A stretch of DNA of 63,971 bases, filler included, from Octopus bimaculoides (lineage: Eukaryota), in the NCBI RefSeq assembly GCF_001194135.2. It is 6 parts of 6 records of this genome, joined end to end, with 100 filler letters (N's around TTAATTAATTAA, not from the genome) between each part and the next. Parts side by side here need not be neighbours in the genome. Positions count along the whole stretch, not along the records: positions 1 to 21,882 come from NC_068982.1; positions 21,983 to 30,805 come from NC_068983.1; 4 more parts are not named here. One strand, given 5' to 3'. Below the pieces are notes generated by a model, which made no database searches, was not told the origin of the DNA, and was given only the letters and a program-made list of their open reading frames with translations. A program made the position numbers and the translations under genes. Positions 11,351 through 24,154 of the stretch are shown one piece after another (the stretch's first letter is position 1; every line of letters begins with the position of its first letter).

Positions 11351-12424
11351 TGCCTATATATACATATATATTGGAGAGAGTGACAAATTTGAAAGAACCT
11401 ATTCCCTGACAATTAGAATTAAGAACTCAAGAGAACTATGGCGGGGTGGGTGTGGAATAAACTATTTAAATTATAAACGTTATTTTTTCAAAATATATTT
11501 TTCCGAAATCACGATTATGAGCTAAATTTCATATGCATTGTGTGTGCATGCGCACGTGTTGATGCTTGCACGTCTACAGATAAATAGATTGATAGAGATA
11601 TGTATTTATGTGTATGTAGTTATATAGTTGGTGAATATTTACAATGCAATAACCTTAAGCATGTAGGAGAAAAGGTTGTACAAAAAGATTTAAGATATCA
11701 CGTCTGGCGATTTAGTTACTTTGTATTGTAAATATATGGTACAAGTCTTTAGCATATCTCTGTGTGTTCCTGACATTCTATGGAATACCATTGAACATTG
11801 CAATATTTAAATCTCACTAGTATTAGCATAGAAAAGCTATGAATCTGTCGACTTGTCGGATCTTCAAACTGGTTGCGTTACTCTGGCGAAGCTTCACATC
11901 ATTTCACATCACTTCGCTTCAAGAACGCCGCTAATAATTAAGCAAAGCCTGAACATTACCCAAACACATTTCTATTCACCTTGAGCGTTCACAAGGGCTT
12001 GAACGTTCCAGTTTACCATTTTATTTCTAATAAAATATAGAATTTTATGCAGATCTGCTTTTTGTTCTGATTTATAGCCCTCTTTCTACATATGAGAATA
12101 ACATCTCAGAGGTGCACGAATAATGCTTATAATATACAACATACTCTAAAAGTGTTAAAGACCGGAATTCCACTGATCCTGCATTTACTTTCGCTGCTCA
12201 ACGCTAAATAGCCGTAAGTCAAATTTTTACCTCCCTTGGTACAAGGGAAAATTTCTGGAAATTCTGATATATAACACTGTCTGTTAGAAAAATAAAGTGT
12301 TTTCACTTGTAAAAAGCGTAAATAGTAGAATTGAATCCATGGTTGACCTCATTGTTCATTCTTTATGAGTTATTGAACTGGCGTGATCCAACGTATATCC
12401 TTTTTATTTCTAATTAATATATTT

Positions 12425-14000
12425 GCTTGTGGTGACGACCACAATGGCTATTCATGGCTAACTACAAAGGAGGCATCAACAATTACAGACTGAACAAACG
12501 TAATCGTTACACGTGAGGGGCTGATCTTGAACATTCATGGACCAGGATGCAAAACGTTCATGGAGCTGATCAACGAGGCGAGTTCAAATCACTGGCAAAG
12601 TTCCTATCTTTCTCACTGGTAGGAAAACTGTCGTATATTTTGACGTTGAATTTCAAGAGATATTCATATCTCCTTGGTGGCCTAGGAGTGAACACCAGCC
12701 ATTGGCTTCTTCTCCGTAAAACAGGCCTCCTTTGGAGCAAGACATCTTGTCTAATGGATCTGGATCTGGATGAAATCTGTGATCCATTCATCTCCTCTGT
12801 ATCCCACACGTCTACATTTACGTACCTTGTTCTTCCACAAGATACGACAAAGTCTTGGAGATCACCTTAGGTCTAGGTTCACACATATTGGTGGGGCCAC
12901 GTACAGTTGCCATTACTATATAAAAGCATGGTAAAGATAACGCCCCGATAAACATCGATTTTCGTTCTAATGCGTATTCCTTGCTTTGACTACGGTTTAT
13001 AGTGCACTCATCCAAAAATGCAGTTTGTTTCCCTTTCTGTAGCATGATCTTATCGGTCATATTAACATTCTTAAGAAAGCGCTTCTTCCATAGATAACAT
13101 CACTTTTATGATCGAGCGCATGCACAAGTAGAAACTCCTTCTTCGTCTCTGCCTATGAGTGCTGGAAGTTGCAAACACCATTCTCTCCCTAGGATCTAAT
13201 GGACGACTCTACTATAGTCTCTGAAAATGCTCTGGTGTATATCAGAGATGATAACTAACAGATGTGATACAATGACCCAGCCCTATATGGTTCAATTTCA
13301 TGATTTAAATGCATGTAACGTACCTTCAATGTTTCTGCTGCAGACCTTCCTACAATGATGTTATGAGAGAACGATCTTAACAAATTATAATGAACACCAA
13401 ATCTTCTCAAAGAATCACCAAATTCCTTCACAACTTACTGCACGGAAAACGTTATTGAAATTCACGAAGATATACTAAAGATTAAGATTTTATTTTCTAA
13501 TTTCCCTTGTATCCACCAGTTTGTGAACATTACACCAGAGATGGCTCTGTTAGATCTGACTTGACGTTGACTTTCTGAGAAACCGTTATCGAAGTGGGAG
13601 GTGAGACGCTTTAAGATCACTCTAGCAAATAATAGCTTACCAGATATATTCAGAAAGCCAATACTTCGGTGATTGTCATACATCTATCTGTTACCTTTAT
13701 TCTTTTAGATTTAGATCGTCAGCCTTCACGTCTTACTATTTTCTTTAACCATAGTAGTCGAATAATTTCGACCACGAGCATGATTCGAATATCATCTCCA
13801 GGTCTTTTTCTGGTAAGAAGTATCATAGTTGCTATAATCGTTCCTACAACCATTGGTGTGTTGGTGGGTTCGTTAGCCAATAAGTTGTTTCCTTTTTCGC
13901 CAATTTCATGGAGGGCGATTGCCGACTAACGATTAAAAGGACAAAATATTTCTGCTACTATCTTGTGAAGATTGTCCGTCCTTTAACTATAGTTTGCCGC
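12425..14000 (-). mobile_element. Decayed RTE-clade LINE, RT to 3' end
   Basis: ORF 13462-13683 YDNHRSIGFLNISGKLLFARVILKRLTSH..SESQ matches NHRGISLL.IAGKIFARVIL.RL..LPESQ. Further pieces are VSCEGIW..RFG, a degenerate NGVKQG region, LPCFY (compare LP.LLYG) and a C-terminal Cys/His-like remnant. Ends are approximate. Confidence 0.85.
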
Positions 14001-14790
14001 TCTAGTTGAAAAGAAAGCAGAAACACCCAGACAATTTTCCGTAGACAAGTATGAATGCAGTAGAATGGTTACATATTCTTTGGATAGAGAATAGCCAGCA
14101 GTTTCCTCTCATCTCATGACGTTATTTTGCGCTATTTGTCTTGTAAAAGTCTTATATTGCACGTCATACGCGGTATGGCTTACGCGTCCAACGTGCATAA
14201 AAGGAAAATACTACATTATCCAATATAATATTCACTCAGCCTTTTCGTATCTACTCTGGCTACATTAAGAAATCGATATTTCAATGTCAGTGAAGATCCT
14301 ATAGTATGATAGAAAATTTCCGGTGAGCTGAGGATCTGATACACGTTAAGAGCACAATGGAACCATTACAGGTAATATTTTCCTCGTCCCTGCCATATTT
14401 TGTAATCGTGATCAATGTACTAGCTTTCACCTATATCATTTTCTATTTTTCTATTTTTCTATTGACACTTAAAATACCGTAAAGGAAAACGAAGCTTTCA
14501 GCAGCGAAACAATATGCAATTACATTCGTTTTTGTCTTTTCGTGTTCATTATTAGTATTTGTTTTTCTTTTTAGATTTCCATGTCTTATGACCAGACACT
14601 TCATTTCGATAATGTATCATATCACATCGTGCGTTTTATCAGTTTTAGATATTGTCAGCGCCCACATACGTGCACGGCATTTAAATGCAAGATTCATTGT
14701 GTAGATAGAGGTGAAAACATTTCTATTGCGGCCGGGATTCAAGCTAGCCCCAAACTAAAGTCTTGTTTTGATTTCTATCTATAGGAATAT

Positions 14791-14852
14791 TTCCCCTGAC
14801 GAGGAGAATGGATCTCTTAAGAGGTCTCTAACGCCGAAATTGCAATAGAGAA
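14791..14852 (+). ncRNA. Type I hammerhead ribozyme-like motif with palindromic stem III
   Basis: TTCCC-CTGACGA-GG-(GATCTCT ta AGAGGTC hairpin)-CC-GAAA-TTG/CAA-TA-GAGAA. The core is intact and stem I pairs at 4 of 5 positions. Confidence 0.65.
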
Positions 14853-15577
14853 TTAACCAGTTATTTTCAAGCTGTGGGTTCTATTTGCCATGTCGCACGA
14901 AGAGAGTTTTTATCATCAGGAGAAATGATTTCGTGATATAATGGCTTTATAGCGGTTTTGGCTGCTATTTTTAACATGTAAATGTTTTTGAACCCTCTTA
15001 GTTATNNNNNNNNNNNNNNNNNNNNNNNNNNNNNNNNNNNNNNNNNNNNNNNNNNNNNNNNNNNNNNNNNNNNNNNNNNNNNNNNNNNNNNNNNNNNNNN
15101 NNNNNNNNNNNNNNNNNNNNNNNNNNNNNNNNNNNNNNNNNNNNNNNNNNNNNNNNNNNNNNNNNNNNNNNNNNNNNNNNNNNNNNNNNNNNNNNNNNNN
15201 NNNNNNNNNNNNNNNNNNNNNNNNNNNNNNNNNNNNNNNNNNNNNNNNNNNNNNNNNNNNNNNNNNNNNNNNNNNNNNNNNNNNNNNNNNNNNNNNNNNN
15301 NNNNNNNNNNNNNNNNNNNNNNNNNNNNNNNNNNNNNNNNNNNNNNNNNNNNNNNNNNNNNNNNNNNNNNNNNNNNNNNNNNNNNNNNNNNNNNNNNNNN
15401 NNNNNNNNNNNNNNNNNNNNNNNNNNNNNNNNNNNNNNNNNNNNNNNNNNNNNNNNNNNNNNNNNNNNNNNNNNNNNNNNNNNNNNNNNNNNNNNNNNNN
15501 NNNNNNNNNNNNNNNNNNNNNNNNNNNNNNNNNNNNNNNNNNNNNNNNNNNNNNNNNNNNNNNNNNNNNNNNNNNNN

Positions 15578-15608
<31 letters not shown>

Positions 15609-15713
15609 ATAAACAAGAGTGAAAAAACTACAGAAGGCTTGTGTTACATGGTTAAAGTATATATTTAAAATATGTCAGAAAAATGTTATAAAATTTTTTT
15701 GGTATATAAACAT

Positions 15714-15782
15714 TGTCGAGGTGATTGCACGACAACTGTCGAGGTGATTGCACGACAACTGTCGAGGTGATTGCACAACAAC
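15714..15782 (+). repeat. 23-bp tandem repeat, three copies
   Basis: Unit tgtcgaggtgattgcacgacaac at 15714, 15737 and 15760 (the last has one mismatch). Confidence 0.95.
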
Positions 15783-15903
15783 GTGAGGTGAGATGAAGTG
15801 TTTTTTTGCTCAAAAGCACAACGATCCAACCGGTCTAGAAATAGTAACAACTGTCTGGCGATCGCCAGTGCAACACCCTAACCACTAGACCATGCATCCT
15901 CAC
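15783..15903 (-). mobile_element. SINE family C head fragment
   Basis: Minus strand gtgaggatgcatggtctagtggttagggtgttgcac (A-box) ... gtgcttttgagcaaaaaaacacttcatctcac. Confidence 0.75.
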
Positions 15904-16356
15904 TATAACACATGTGTGTGTTTGTGCACGTGTGTGTGTCTGAATATATATACATGTATATAAACATATATAGATTTTACAAAAGTTATTATAAAACAAT
16001 AATCAAAGCCGTGACTTTCAATATCTGCCCAGAGAGCCAATTAATATCGCAAGTAGAAGCAATGACAGATTCTTAAATGACTTATTTTACAAAAATAGAG
16101 ATATGCATAAAAATAAAGAGCGATAACCAAGAAGATATAAAACACGGGAATATAATAGAAAATTTCGTCTCTTTAATTACACGGTTGACTAGTTACAGTC
16201 CTTGCAATACATTTCAATTTCTTCTCCCTCGTTTTCGCCGTCTTTCTCCCGCGGTTGTCGATAGTGTCGCTACTGTTGCTACCGCTACCGCAAACTGCCC
16301 TCTCCCCCACTTCCTCCTCCTCCTCCCCAAAATATCACCATCACCACCAGGACCAT

Positions 16357-16393
<37 letters not shown>

Positions 16394-16598
16394 GACATTG
16401 GAAAGAAAAAATTTTGAAAACCTTTCCTATTAAACTCTATTACTACACACAATTTTGCATGCATTTGTATTTGTGTATGGGTGTGTGTGTGTGTGTGTTT
16501 ATGTATTTATATATGCATATATGTATGTGTGTGCATATCATTCGTGTGCATATCATTCGTGTGCGTATGCATACGTATATATATTCATATATGCATAG

Positions 16599-16631
<33 letters not shown>

Positions 16632-16835
16632 NNNNNNNNNNNNNNNNNNNNNNNNNNNNNNNNNNNNNNNNNNNNNNNNNNNNNNNNNNNNNNNNNNNNN
16701 NNNNNNNNNNNNNNNNNNNNNNNNNNNNNNNNNNNNNNNNNNNNNNNNNNNNNNNNNNNNNNNNNNNNNNNNNNNNNNNNNNNNNNNNNNNNNNNNNNNN
16801 NNNNNNNNNNNNNNNNNNNNNNNNNNNNNNNNNNN

Positions 16836-16888
<53 letters not shown>

Positions 16889-19831
16889 CCTGTCCTATTT
16901 GTTGTTGTCTAATTTGTAATGAAAAATCTGTTTCTAGGCTGCAAAACAGTAGGTAAGAAATATTTGGAATAAACTAGGGTAACATATTTGCATGCATGCA
17001 TACATACATACATACACTCAACACAGAGAGAGACATACACTTACATTCAAACATAGAGACATGTTCATGTACACACAGCCATGCATACATACACATATAC
17101 ATGTATTCATACATGTATGCATGCATTCATACATACAAGCAAGAATACACACTAGCCTTCATCTCTTTCTAAAGCATACCGTTCTGATTTGAATGTTTTT
17201 CCCTTTTACACATATATGGCTTTGTTATTTCGCTGTTTCAGAAACAAGCAGAAGCGAATATGGTTAAAGACAAAGGTTCAACAGTAAAAAAAGTTTGATC
17301 AAATAATCCATCTATATTGTTATTAACGCCTACTTCGCTATGAAACAGAATGCATTAATATTGAAATATGTCATGAATTATAATTGATTCCTTAGATATA
17401 GTGTTTTCATATAAAAATCTACAAAAAAGAACGAAACATTTCTTCATTAGAAAATATATTTAAAAACAACATTTTAAAATGCTTTGTCTTTGAACAAATA
17501 AATTCCTTCCACAATGAATAATAAGAAAAGTCGATTTTCAATAAGTAAACTACGTTAACGATGAAATAAATTGATCTATATATCTCTCTTGCTTTCTAGA
17601 TATCTAGCTGTCTAAAAAGTAGATTTTTGCTATTTGTCTACACTTCTACACACGCGAAAAACAGACGGACACGCACATATGCAGAAACACAACACACACA
17701 CACACTCAGGCTTATTTATGCTTATAGTTGTCAATCAAATCTGTTGGTGACTGTTCCTTCTTCATTTGTGAATCCTTTGATTCACTAATGACAGAGAATA
17801 TTAATTATTGGTATACAGTTTTGTTTTCAGACGATTTGGTTGGTGATGACAAGTATGTCTCTGTATTTATGAGACTAACTCACTTCCCCGGGTACCACTT
17901 GATATCTTTCCTCGATACCATTACCTTTCAAAGAGTAAGAATATTATTAAATTGGGCAGTTGGTAACAATATCTTCAACTCTTCAAATGTTGCTGTTCCT
18001 CTTCTATATGTTGGTCCTCAACTTGATCTGAACCGATTCTTTAATTTTCCAATCAAACAACCGAACGTTGATTAAAATAGATCTTGCGGGTACGGCATGT
18101 GTCACATGTGTTCACATGTGTTCAAATGTGTGAATTGATGTTGCTTTCGTGTGTATTCAATGATACAATTGTTAGTTCAACGGGGGATATTTCTATGTGA
18201 CTCTATTTCATCAGGTGATGAAAGGATATTAAGTGATTTCCGGAGTCTTAATGTGTCGGCTGTACGTGGTTTATTATGTCTCACAAACATACAACAGAGT
18301 GGAAATACATCGCCTCGAACAGACAGACAGTTAGACTGTTTAGTGTCTTTGTATATCTGTAACGTGTGTAATTTTCTGATCAGTAAAGAAAAGTGAGGTT
18401 CGGCTGATGAAAATTCGATTTGGATTTAGAATCAGCATAAGATGATTGCGAGATGGCGTATGGGTACTAAAATCGCCAAAAAGGAAGAGTTAATTCAGAA
18501 GCAGCGAGGAATGGGGCTGGAGTATTGCAGGTGCCGGGAAGGATTTTCAGAACGGTGAGAAGTGGTGAACGAAACAGAAAACAAAAACATTTAGAGAATT
18601 AGGGGAGGGGAATTTAAGTAACTGTAAAACTGTCTTTTGTGATATACAACTGGTAGACCTAAATGGTAGGTAAAGTATCATGTACACACTCAAGGTATGA
18701 TATATATCTTTCTGGCGTAGCTATGAGCAAAGAAATATTGCCAGAGGAGTGAAGACAGACCATGGATAAGAGGTGAGGCATATGAAATGTGAAGAATAAT
18801 ATGCAGAGTGGTTTGCATCTTAGAATGAGAGTAAATATGGAATCTATATTGGAACGGAATCTACAGATATTCAGAATGAATGAGAGTTGTATATACATAA
18901 TTGTGTATGCGACTACATACACACATGACGGTTGCAATTCGGTTTTCGGCAATTCCAATGCCCGATTATTTCCTTAAAGCAGCATGGATGTAGCCTTTCT
19001 GTCCTGCTCTGACCTATACTCATTTGCACAATTAAAGATATCGTAACAACGGGCGTCTCTTATGACACGTGTTCAAAGAATTACCACACACGCTGACACT
19101 TGCTATTATATTATTATAGAATTTCCATTGACTTTGGGGAGTTTTTTTATGCATCTCATAATAGGGATGTTAAAAATCAAGGGATATCATTAACTGAATC
19201 TTTGTGAAGTGAGGACAGGTCTATAGGGACTAATGAAAGAAAACTCAGACTATAAAATGAGTCCTTCGCGCAGTTTTCTCTTTTTTGGATATGATAGGAC
19301 TAAACCTGGAGTTGAAATTACTGATTTTTATATCATGCAATACACATACATTAATGTGCCTGTGTTTCTTATTTATTCGATATTTGAAACAACAGACTAC
19401 GAGCATAAACGAATTTTCAATCGAGTATATGTCTCATAAAAGACAATAGGAAAATATATTAGCGGATTGTGAATTATAAATAACTTAATGTAAATGTACA
19501 CAATAATAGATTTGTTCATTTATTTTTATATCTAAATTTGTTGTGATGTGAGCGAAAAATATTTCCTGATCATTCAAAGGATTACAAATACAAAAGATAA
19601 AAAAACATATATAAGCATTGATTCACGTGACAAGTAGGCCTGCTCTTCATAAATTTTAATTACAGGAAAATAGCTTGATAAGAATTTTATTGGATGAAAC
19701 AATTTCGGAAAAAATATTGAGATATATCTTTATACCAGATGTATTGTAATTCATTGAAATTTTGCCGTTGAAAAACTCATAACTTACACAGATAATGGCT
19801 GCGTGATAGCGTGATGTTATGTAGTCCTATT

Positions 19832-20047
19832 TAAGGCAGCGAGCGGGCAGAATTGTAACCGCGCCGGAGATAAGGCTTAGCGGCATTCCGTTCTACTTCA
19901 CAGTTTGAGTTCAAATTCAGACGGGGTCGACTTTGTCTTTCATCTTTCCGGAGGCAATGAAATAAATACCATTTAAGCACTGGAGTCGATTACATAGATT
20001 TAACCCTCCACCAAATTTCAGGGCTTATGCCTTTTGCAGAAGAGATT
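19832..20047 (+). mobile_element. SINE family B, tRNA-derived
   Basis: aaggcagcgagcgggcagaattg..gagttcaaattcagacggggtcgactttgtctttcatc..aaatttcagggcttatgcc. Confidence 0.85.
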
Positions 20048-20145
20048 ATAACGCCTATTTAAATCAACGCCTTTTGTAGTTTATGGTAGTAAAGTGAATG
20101 TATGCTTGTGTCTACATACAAACATGAGTTTGCATACATGCATGC

Positions 20146-20240
20146 TTGTCATGATATATATGTGTGTGTCATGATATATATGTGTGTGTCATGATATATA
20201 TGCGTGTGTGTGTGTGTGTGTGTCGTGATATATGTGTGTG
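20146..20240 (+). repeat. About 20-bp tandem minisatellite (gtcatgatatatatgtgtgt)n, 3-4 copies
   Basis: Read directly from the sequence. Confidence 0.8.
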
Positions 20241-20679
20241 TGGGGGGTGAATGAGTTGACAAACGAAAGAAGGGCACTCAACACATTTATTGAGAGTGAC
20301 ATGTGTAGATCAAAATGGCTTGATCAGAATCCTTGGGTTCTGAATGAGAATTCGATTGAAATGAGTTTATTACTGGATATTTATTATTGTTTATTACTTG
20401 ACGTTAGCCTGCGATTAGTCGAGAAAGGTTATGCGGTATAGCGGTTTGTTNNNNNNNNNNNNNNNNNNNNNNNNNNNNNNNNNNNNNNNNNNNNNNNNNN
20501 NNNNNNNNNNNNNNNNNNNNNNNNNNNNNNNNNNNNNNNNNNNNNNNNNNNNNNNNNNNNNNNNNNNNNNNNNNNNNNNNNNNNNNNNNNNNNNNNNNNN
20601 NNNNNNNNNNNNNNNNNNNNNNNNNNNNNNNNNNNNNNNNNNNNNNNNNNNNNNNNNNNNNNNNNNNNNNNNNNNNNNN

Positions 20680-20719
<40 letters not shown>

Positions 20720-21882
20720 TATATATGCCTATATATTTGCTTGTATGCATTCGTACTTATACGAGTGTATATGTATGCTTAGATGTATATTTGAGCATTC
20801 GCGCGGACACACACACACACAAAGGCACACACTCACCGCGCGCGCGATATATATACACATACACGCACACACATACACACGGACACACACAAACACGCAT
20901 GCACACTTTTATCTCCATGTACATATGCACACGAGCACACATGAACGTGCACGTGTACATATATGCACACGTACGTATATGGGCGCACACATCCGTACGC
21001 ATGCATACGGTAAGCAGATGCATATGTGAACTCGCGTACATACCCGTGCGCGTACATATACTCGTGTGGTTATGCACAAGGGGTGATGTACAAGCGGCGA
21101 GAGCATGCGATTAGATAAGCATGGAGAAGTGTTGGGGATGGATGATTTTCGGTGCTGTTCACGGAGTTAATTTGTTGCGGTGACTTTAGGGCAGGCGGTG
21201 CTAGGGGTGGCTGTTACTAAGGAGGATTATCCGGGTTGTCGGCGGCCAGTGGCTTGAAATTTACCAGAAGGGTGTGTTTCTGGTGACGGCAATACGATAC
21301 CTCGTATTTCTTGTTGATGGATACTGCATGTTATTTTAAATTTATGTGTATGTGTATATTTACGTATATATGTATGTGCATGTATGTGCAAGTGTGCACG
21401 TGGTGAATATTTCGAGGCTTTGTTAGAGAGAGAAAGTTACACATGAAGAAGAAAAGGAATAGAACGAAAGACATGTGTGATTTTCTTGAATGTTGGTAAT
21501 TAATGACACTTCAAAAAGGTAATTGAAATACTGGTGTAGGGGGAGATAACTCATTCTGACATTTACAGCGCAGAGTATTTCTCATTAGATATACTCGTGT
21601 TTGGATTGTCCATGCACAGGGGCCATCCGGACTCCCGTTTGCGCCGTGAACAGAGATTAATCTTCTATCTTCGCTCCTTTGCGCCACATGGGCTCAACTC
21701 CCCTCCACTCTTCATCTAACCCCCTCCTCCTGTCTCTCTCCCCCACCCTCCCTCCTACCACCCATCTCTCCCCTCTCCACCTCCTGCTCCGACTCCTACT
21801 TCTTTGTACGTCTCTTCAGCTCTCTTCATACTTCTCTCCACTCCCACTTATCTTCACCCCTACTCTTTCTCTCCTCTCTCTT

Positions 21883-21982
21883 NNNNNNNNNNNNNNNNNN
21901 NNNNNNNNNNNNNNNNNNNNNNNNNNTTAATTAATTAANNNNNNNNNNNNNNNNNNNNNNNNNNNNNNNNNNNNNNNNNNNN
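21883..21982. other. Artificial scaffold join N44-TTAATTAATTAA-N44 (also 30806-30905, 48636-48735, 58305-58404, 62824-62923)
   Basis: An identical 100-nt structure with a six-frame stop linker occurs five times. Confidence 0.95.
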
Positions 21983-22171
21983 TATATATATATATATATA
22001 TATATGCACAGGCATGGCTTTATGTTAAGAAGCTAGCTTCCTAACCACATGATTCTGGGTTCAGTCCCACCGTGTGGCACCCTGGGCAAGTATCTTCCAC
22101 TATAGCCTTGGGTTGACCAAAGCCTTGTGAGTGGATTTGGTAGACAGAAACTGAAAGAAGCTAGTCATATA

Positions 22172-22447
22172 TATCAAGTACAGGACATCAGCAATGAGTG
22201 AAAAATACGTAAACACACGAGCGATAAGTAGACAAAATACCAAAAAAATATACAATATAAGAACAGGACACCAACGACTGAAAAATACGTTAACACATAA
22301 TGAGTGACAAGTATGGGACAAAATACCAAAGGGAGACTAACCCCTCCTCAGTTGTCAACTGTTTATTACTCCCTATCTCAAGCTTTCAACAACAAGATAG
22401 GAAACCTTCATAAAGCAGCAGCATCCAGAAATTTTAAAAATATAAAA
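22172..22447 (-). mobile_element. Non-autonomous ribozyme-bearing repeat, subfamily B (putatively Penelope-related)
   Basis: Homologous in reverse to 43945-44225 (ttctggatgctgctg..tcctatcttgt..gtaataaacagt..gacaactga, then a T-rich duplicated segment). Confidence 0.8.
22341..22403 (-). ncRNA. Twisted-permutation hammerhead-like motif, subfamily B, degenerate
   Basis: TTCCTA-TC-TTGTTG-ttgaaag-CTT-GAGA-TAGGGA-gtaataaacagt-TGACAA-CTGAGGA-GGGG. Stem III pairs fully, and GAAA is changed to GAGA. Confidence 0.6.
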
Positions 22448-22499
22448 TTTGTGGTGAGACCATGCAGCCTTGTCACAGTAAGTTTTTACTTATATATAT

Positions 22500-22792
22500 T
22501 CGAGCGAGGTCATTGCCAGTGCTGCTGGACTGGCTCCTGTGCAGGTGGCACGTAAAAAACACCATTTGAGCATGGCCGTTGCCAGTACTGCCTGACTGGC
22601 CCTCGTGTCGGTGGCACGTAAAAGCACCCACTACACTCTCGGAGTGGTTGGCGTTAGGAAGGGCATCCAGCTGTAGAAACTCTGCCAGATCAGATTCGAG
22701 TCTGGTGCAGCCATCTGGTTCGCCAGTCCTCAGTCAAATCGTCCAACCCATGCTAGCATGGAAAGCAGACGTTAAATGATGATGGTGATGAT
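22500..22792 (+). mobile_element. LINE 3'-tail-type repeat ending in (GAT)n, probably RTE-related
   Basis: ..aggaagggcatccagctgtagaaactctgcc..ccaacccatgctagcatggaaagcagacgttaaatgatgatg. The tail is shared with 23926-24150 and 27110-27347. Confidence 0.7.
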
Positions 22793-22793
22793 A

Positions 22794-22831
<38 letters not shown>

Positions 22832-23055
22832 TGTGTGCCTGTGTTTGTCCCGCCACAGTCACTTGACAACTGATGCTGGTATATTTACATCCCTGTAACC
22901 TGGTGGTTTGGCAATAGAAACCAATAGAATAAGTACTAGGCTTACAAAGAATAAGTCCTGGGGTCAATTTGTTTGACTAAAACCCTTAAGGCAGTGTTCC
23001 AGCAAGGTTGCAGTCAAATCACTGAAACAAGTAAAAGAATAAAAGAATATATATA

Positions 23056-23288
23056 CAGGGTTGACCAAAAGTCACTCGACAGTAAACCAAAATTCCATAA
23101 ATACTATTTGTAATTTTATATTGACTCAAATGGAAAAATGTGTCGCTCCAGAATGACTTCAGTTTGAACAATTTTCATGATGTTTCATATTTAAATACTT
23201 TTATTAAATTTGTTGAGTTATTAAACATAAATAAATCTTGGAATTAAATGGTTTTGATTTACTGTCAGGTGACTTTTGGCCAACGCTA
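23056..23288. mobile_element. Tc1/mariner-derived MITE, 233 bp
   Basis: Roughly 37-bp imperfect TIRs (CAGGGTTGACCAAAAGTCACTCGACAGTAAACCAAAA versus TAGCGTTGGCCAAAAGTCACCTGACAGTAAATCAAAA) flanked by TA. Confidence 0.8.
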
Positions 23289-23876
23289 TATACACATATA
23301 CACACACATATAATATGGTTTCAAATTTTGGTACAATGCCAGCAGTTTTTCAGGGGCTAGGAAAATCGATTGCCTTGACTCAAGTACTTGATTGGTACTT
23401 TTTTATTGACTCTAAAAAGAAAAAAATCCTAAGTTAACCTTGGTGGAAATTGAACTTAGAATATCAAGACAAATGAAAAGCCACTAAACATTTTCTCTGG
23501 AATGCTAACGATTGTGCCAGCTCACAGTCTTATTTGTAAATACCTAATATAATAAGTACACATATAATGTAATTTATATGAGTGTGTGTACATGCATGTG
23601 TATGTGTGAGGTGTGAGTGTGTGTACATGTGTATATATATATATACACACACACGCATACACATATGTATGTATGTATGTATACACACACACATGCACAC
23701 ACATATATACACACATGTATAATTTTTGCTTTTATGTTAAGCTATGCATGTATGTGTGTGTGAATTGTACCACTTTAGTAATATTGCAAAAATATATTAA
23801 AACTTATGTGTCCAGCGATACTGAAATAGTATATTAAACCCATGTCTTAATATATGCTTCATTTGTGTGCATGCAC

Positions 23877-23908
<32 letters not shown>

Positions 23909-23925
23909 TTGTGTGTGTGTGTATA

Positions 23926-24150
23926 CCCTTCTCTTGACATCATATGATGGTTGTAAATTAGCATCGCTGTTATACGAGCAGTGTTGTTCATTTCTAGTCA
24001 TCCATGAAGAATATGTCAGGCCATGAGGTAAGATTACTTTGCTTGGAAACAGGTGAAGGTTTGAGCCAGGAGAAGCATCTGGCCCTAGAAAAATCTGCCT
24101 CAACAAATTCCCTCTGATCCATGTTAAAGCTTAAACGATGATGACGATGA
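23926..24150 (+). mobile_element. SINE tail of LINE-3' type, ending (GAT)n
   Basis: ttgcttggaaacaggtgaagg..aaaatctgcctcaacaaattcc..aaacgatgatgacgatga, homologous to 27110-27347. Confidence 0.7.
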
Positions 24151-24154
24151 TATA

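Larger units (their letters stand above)
22006..23048 (+). mobile_element. SINE family A split by nested insertions (head 22006-22168, tail about 22830-23048)
   Basis: Head and tail match family A. The interval holds the ribozyme-bearing element and the LINE-tail-type repeat. Confidence 0.75.

Noticed and set aside
15714-15782. CRISPR-like direct repeats
   Set aside because: The repeats are contiguous with no spacers, the context is eukaryotic and there are no cas genes.
17728-18075. 115-aa ORF, or a piggyBac-like remnant on the opposite strand
   Set aside because: The resemblance is vague and the motif order is inconsistent, so it cannot be supported without a search.
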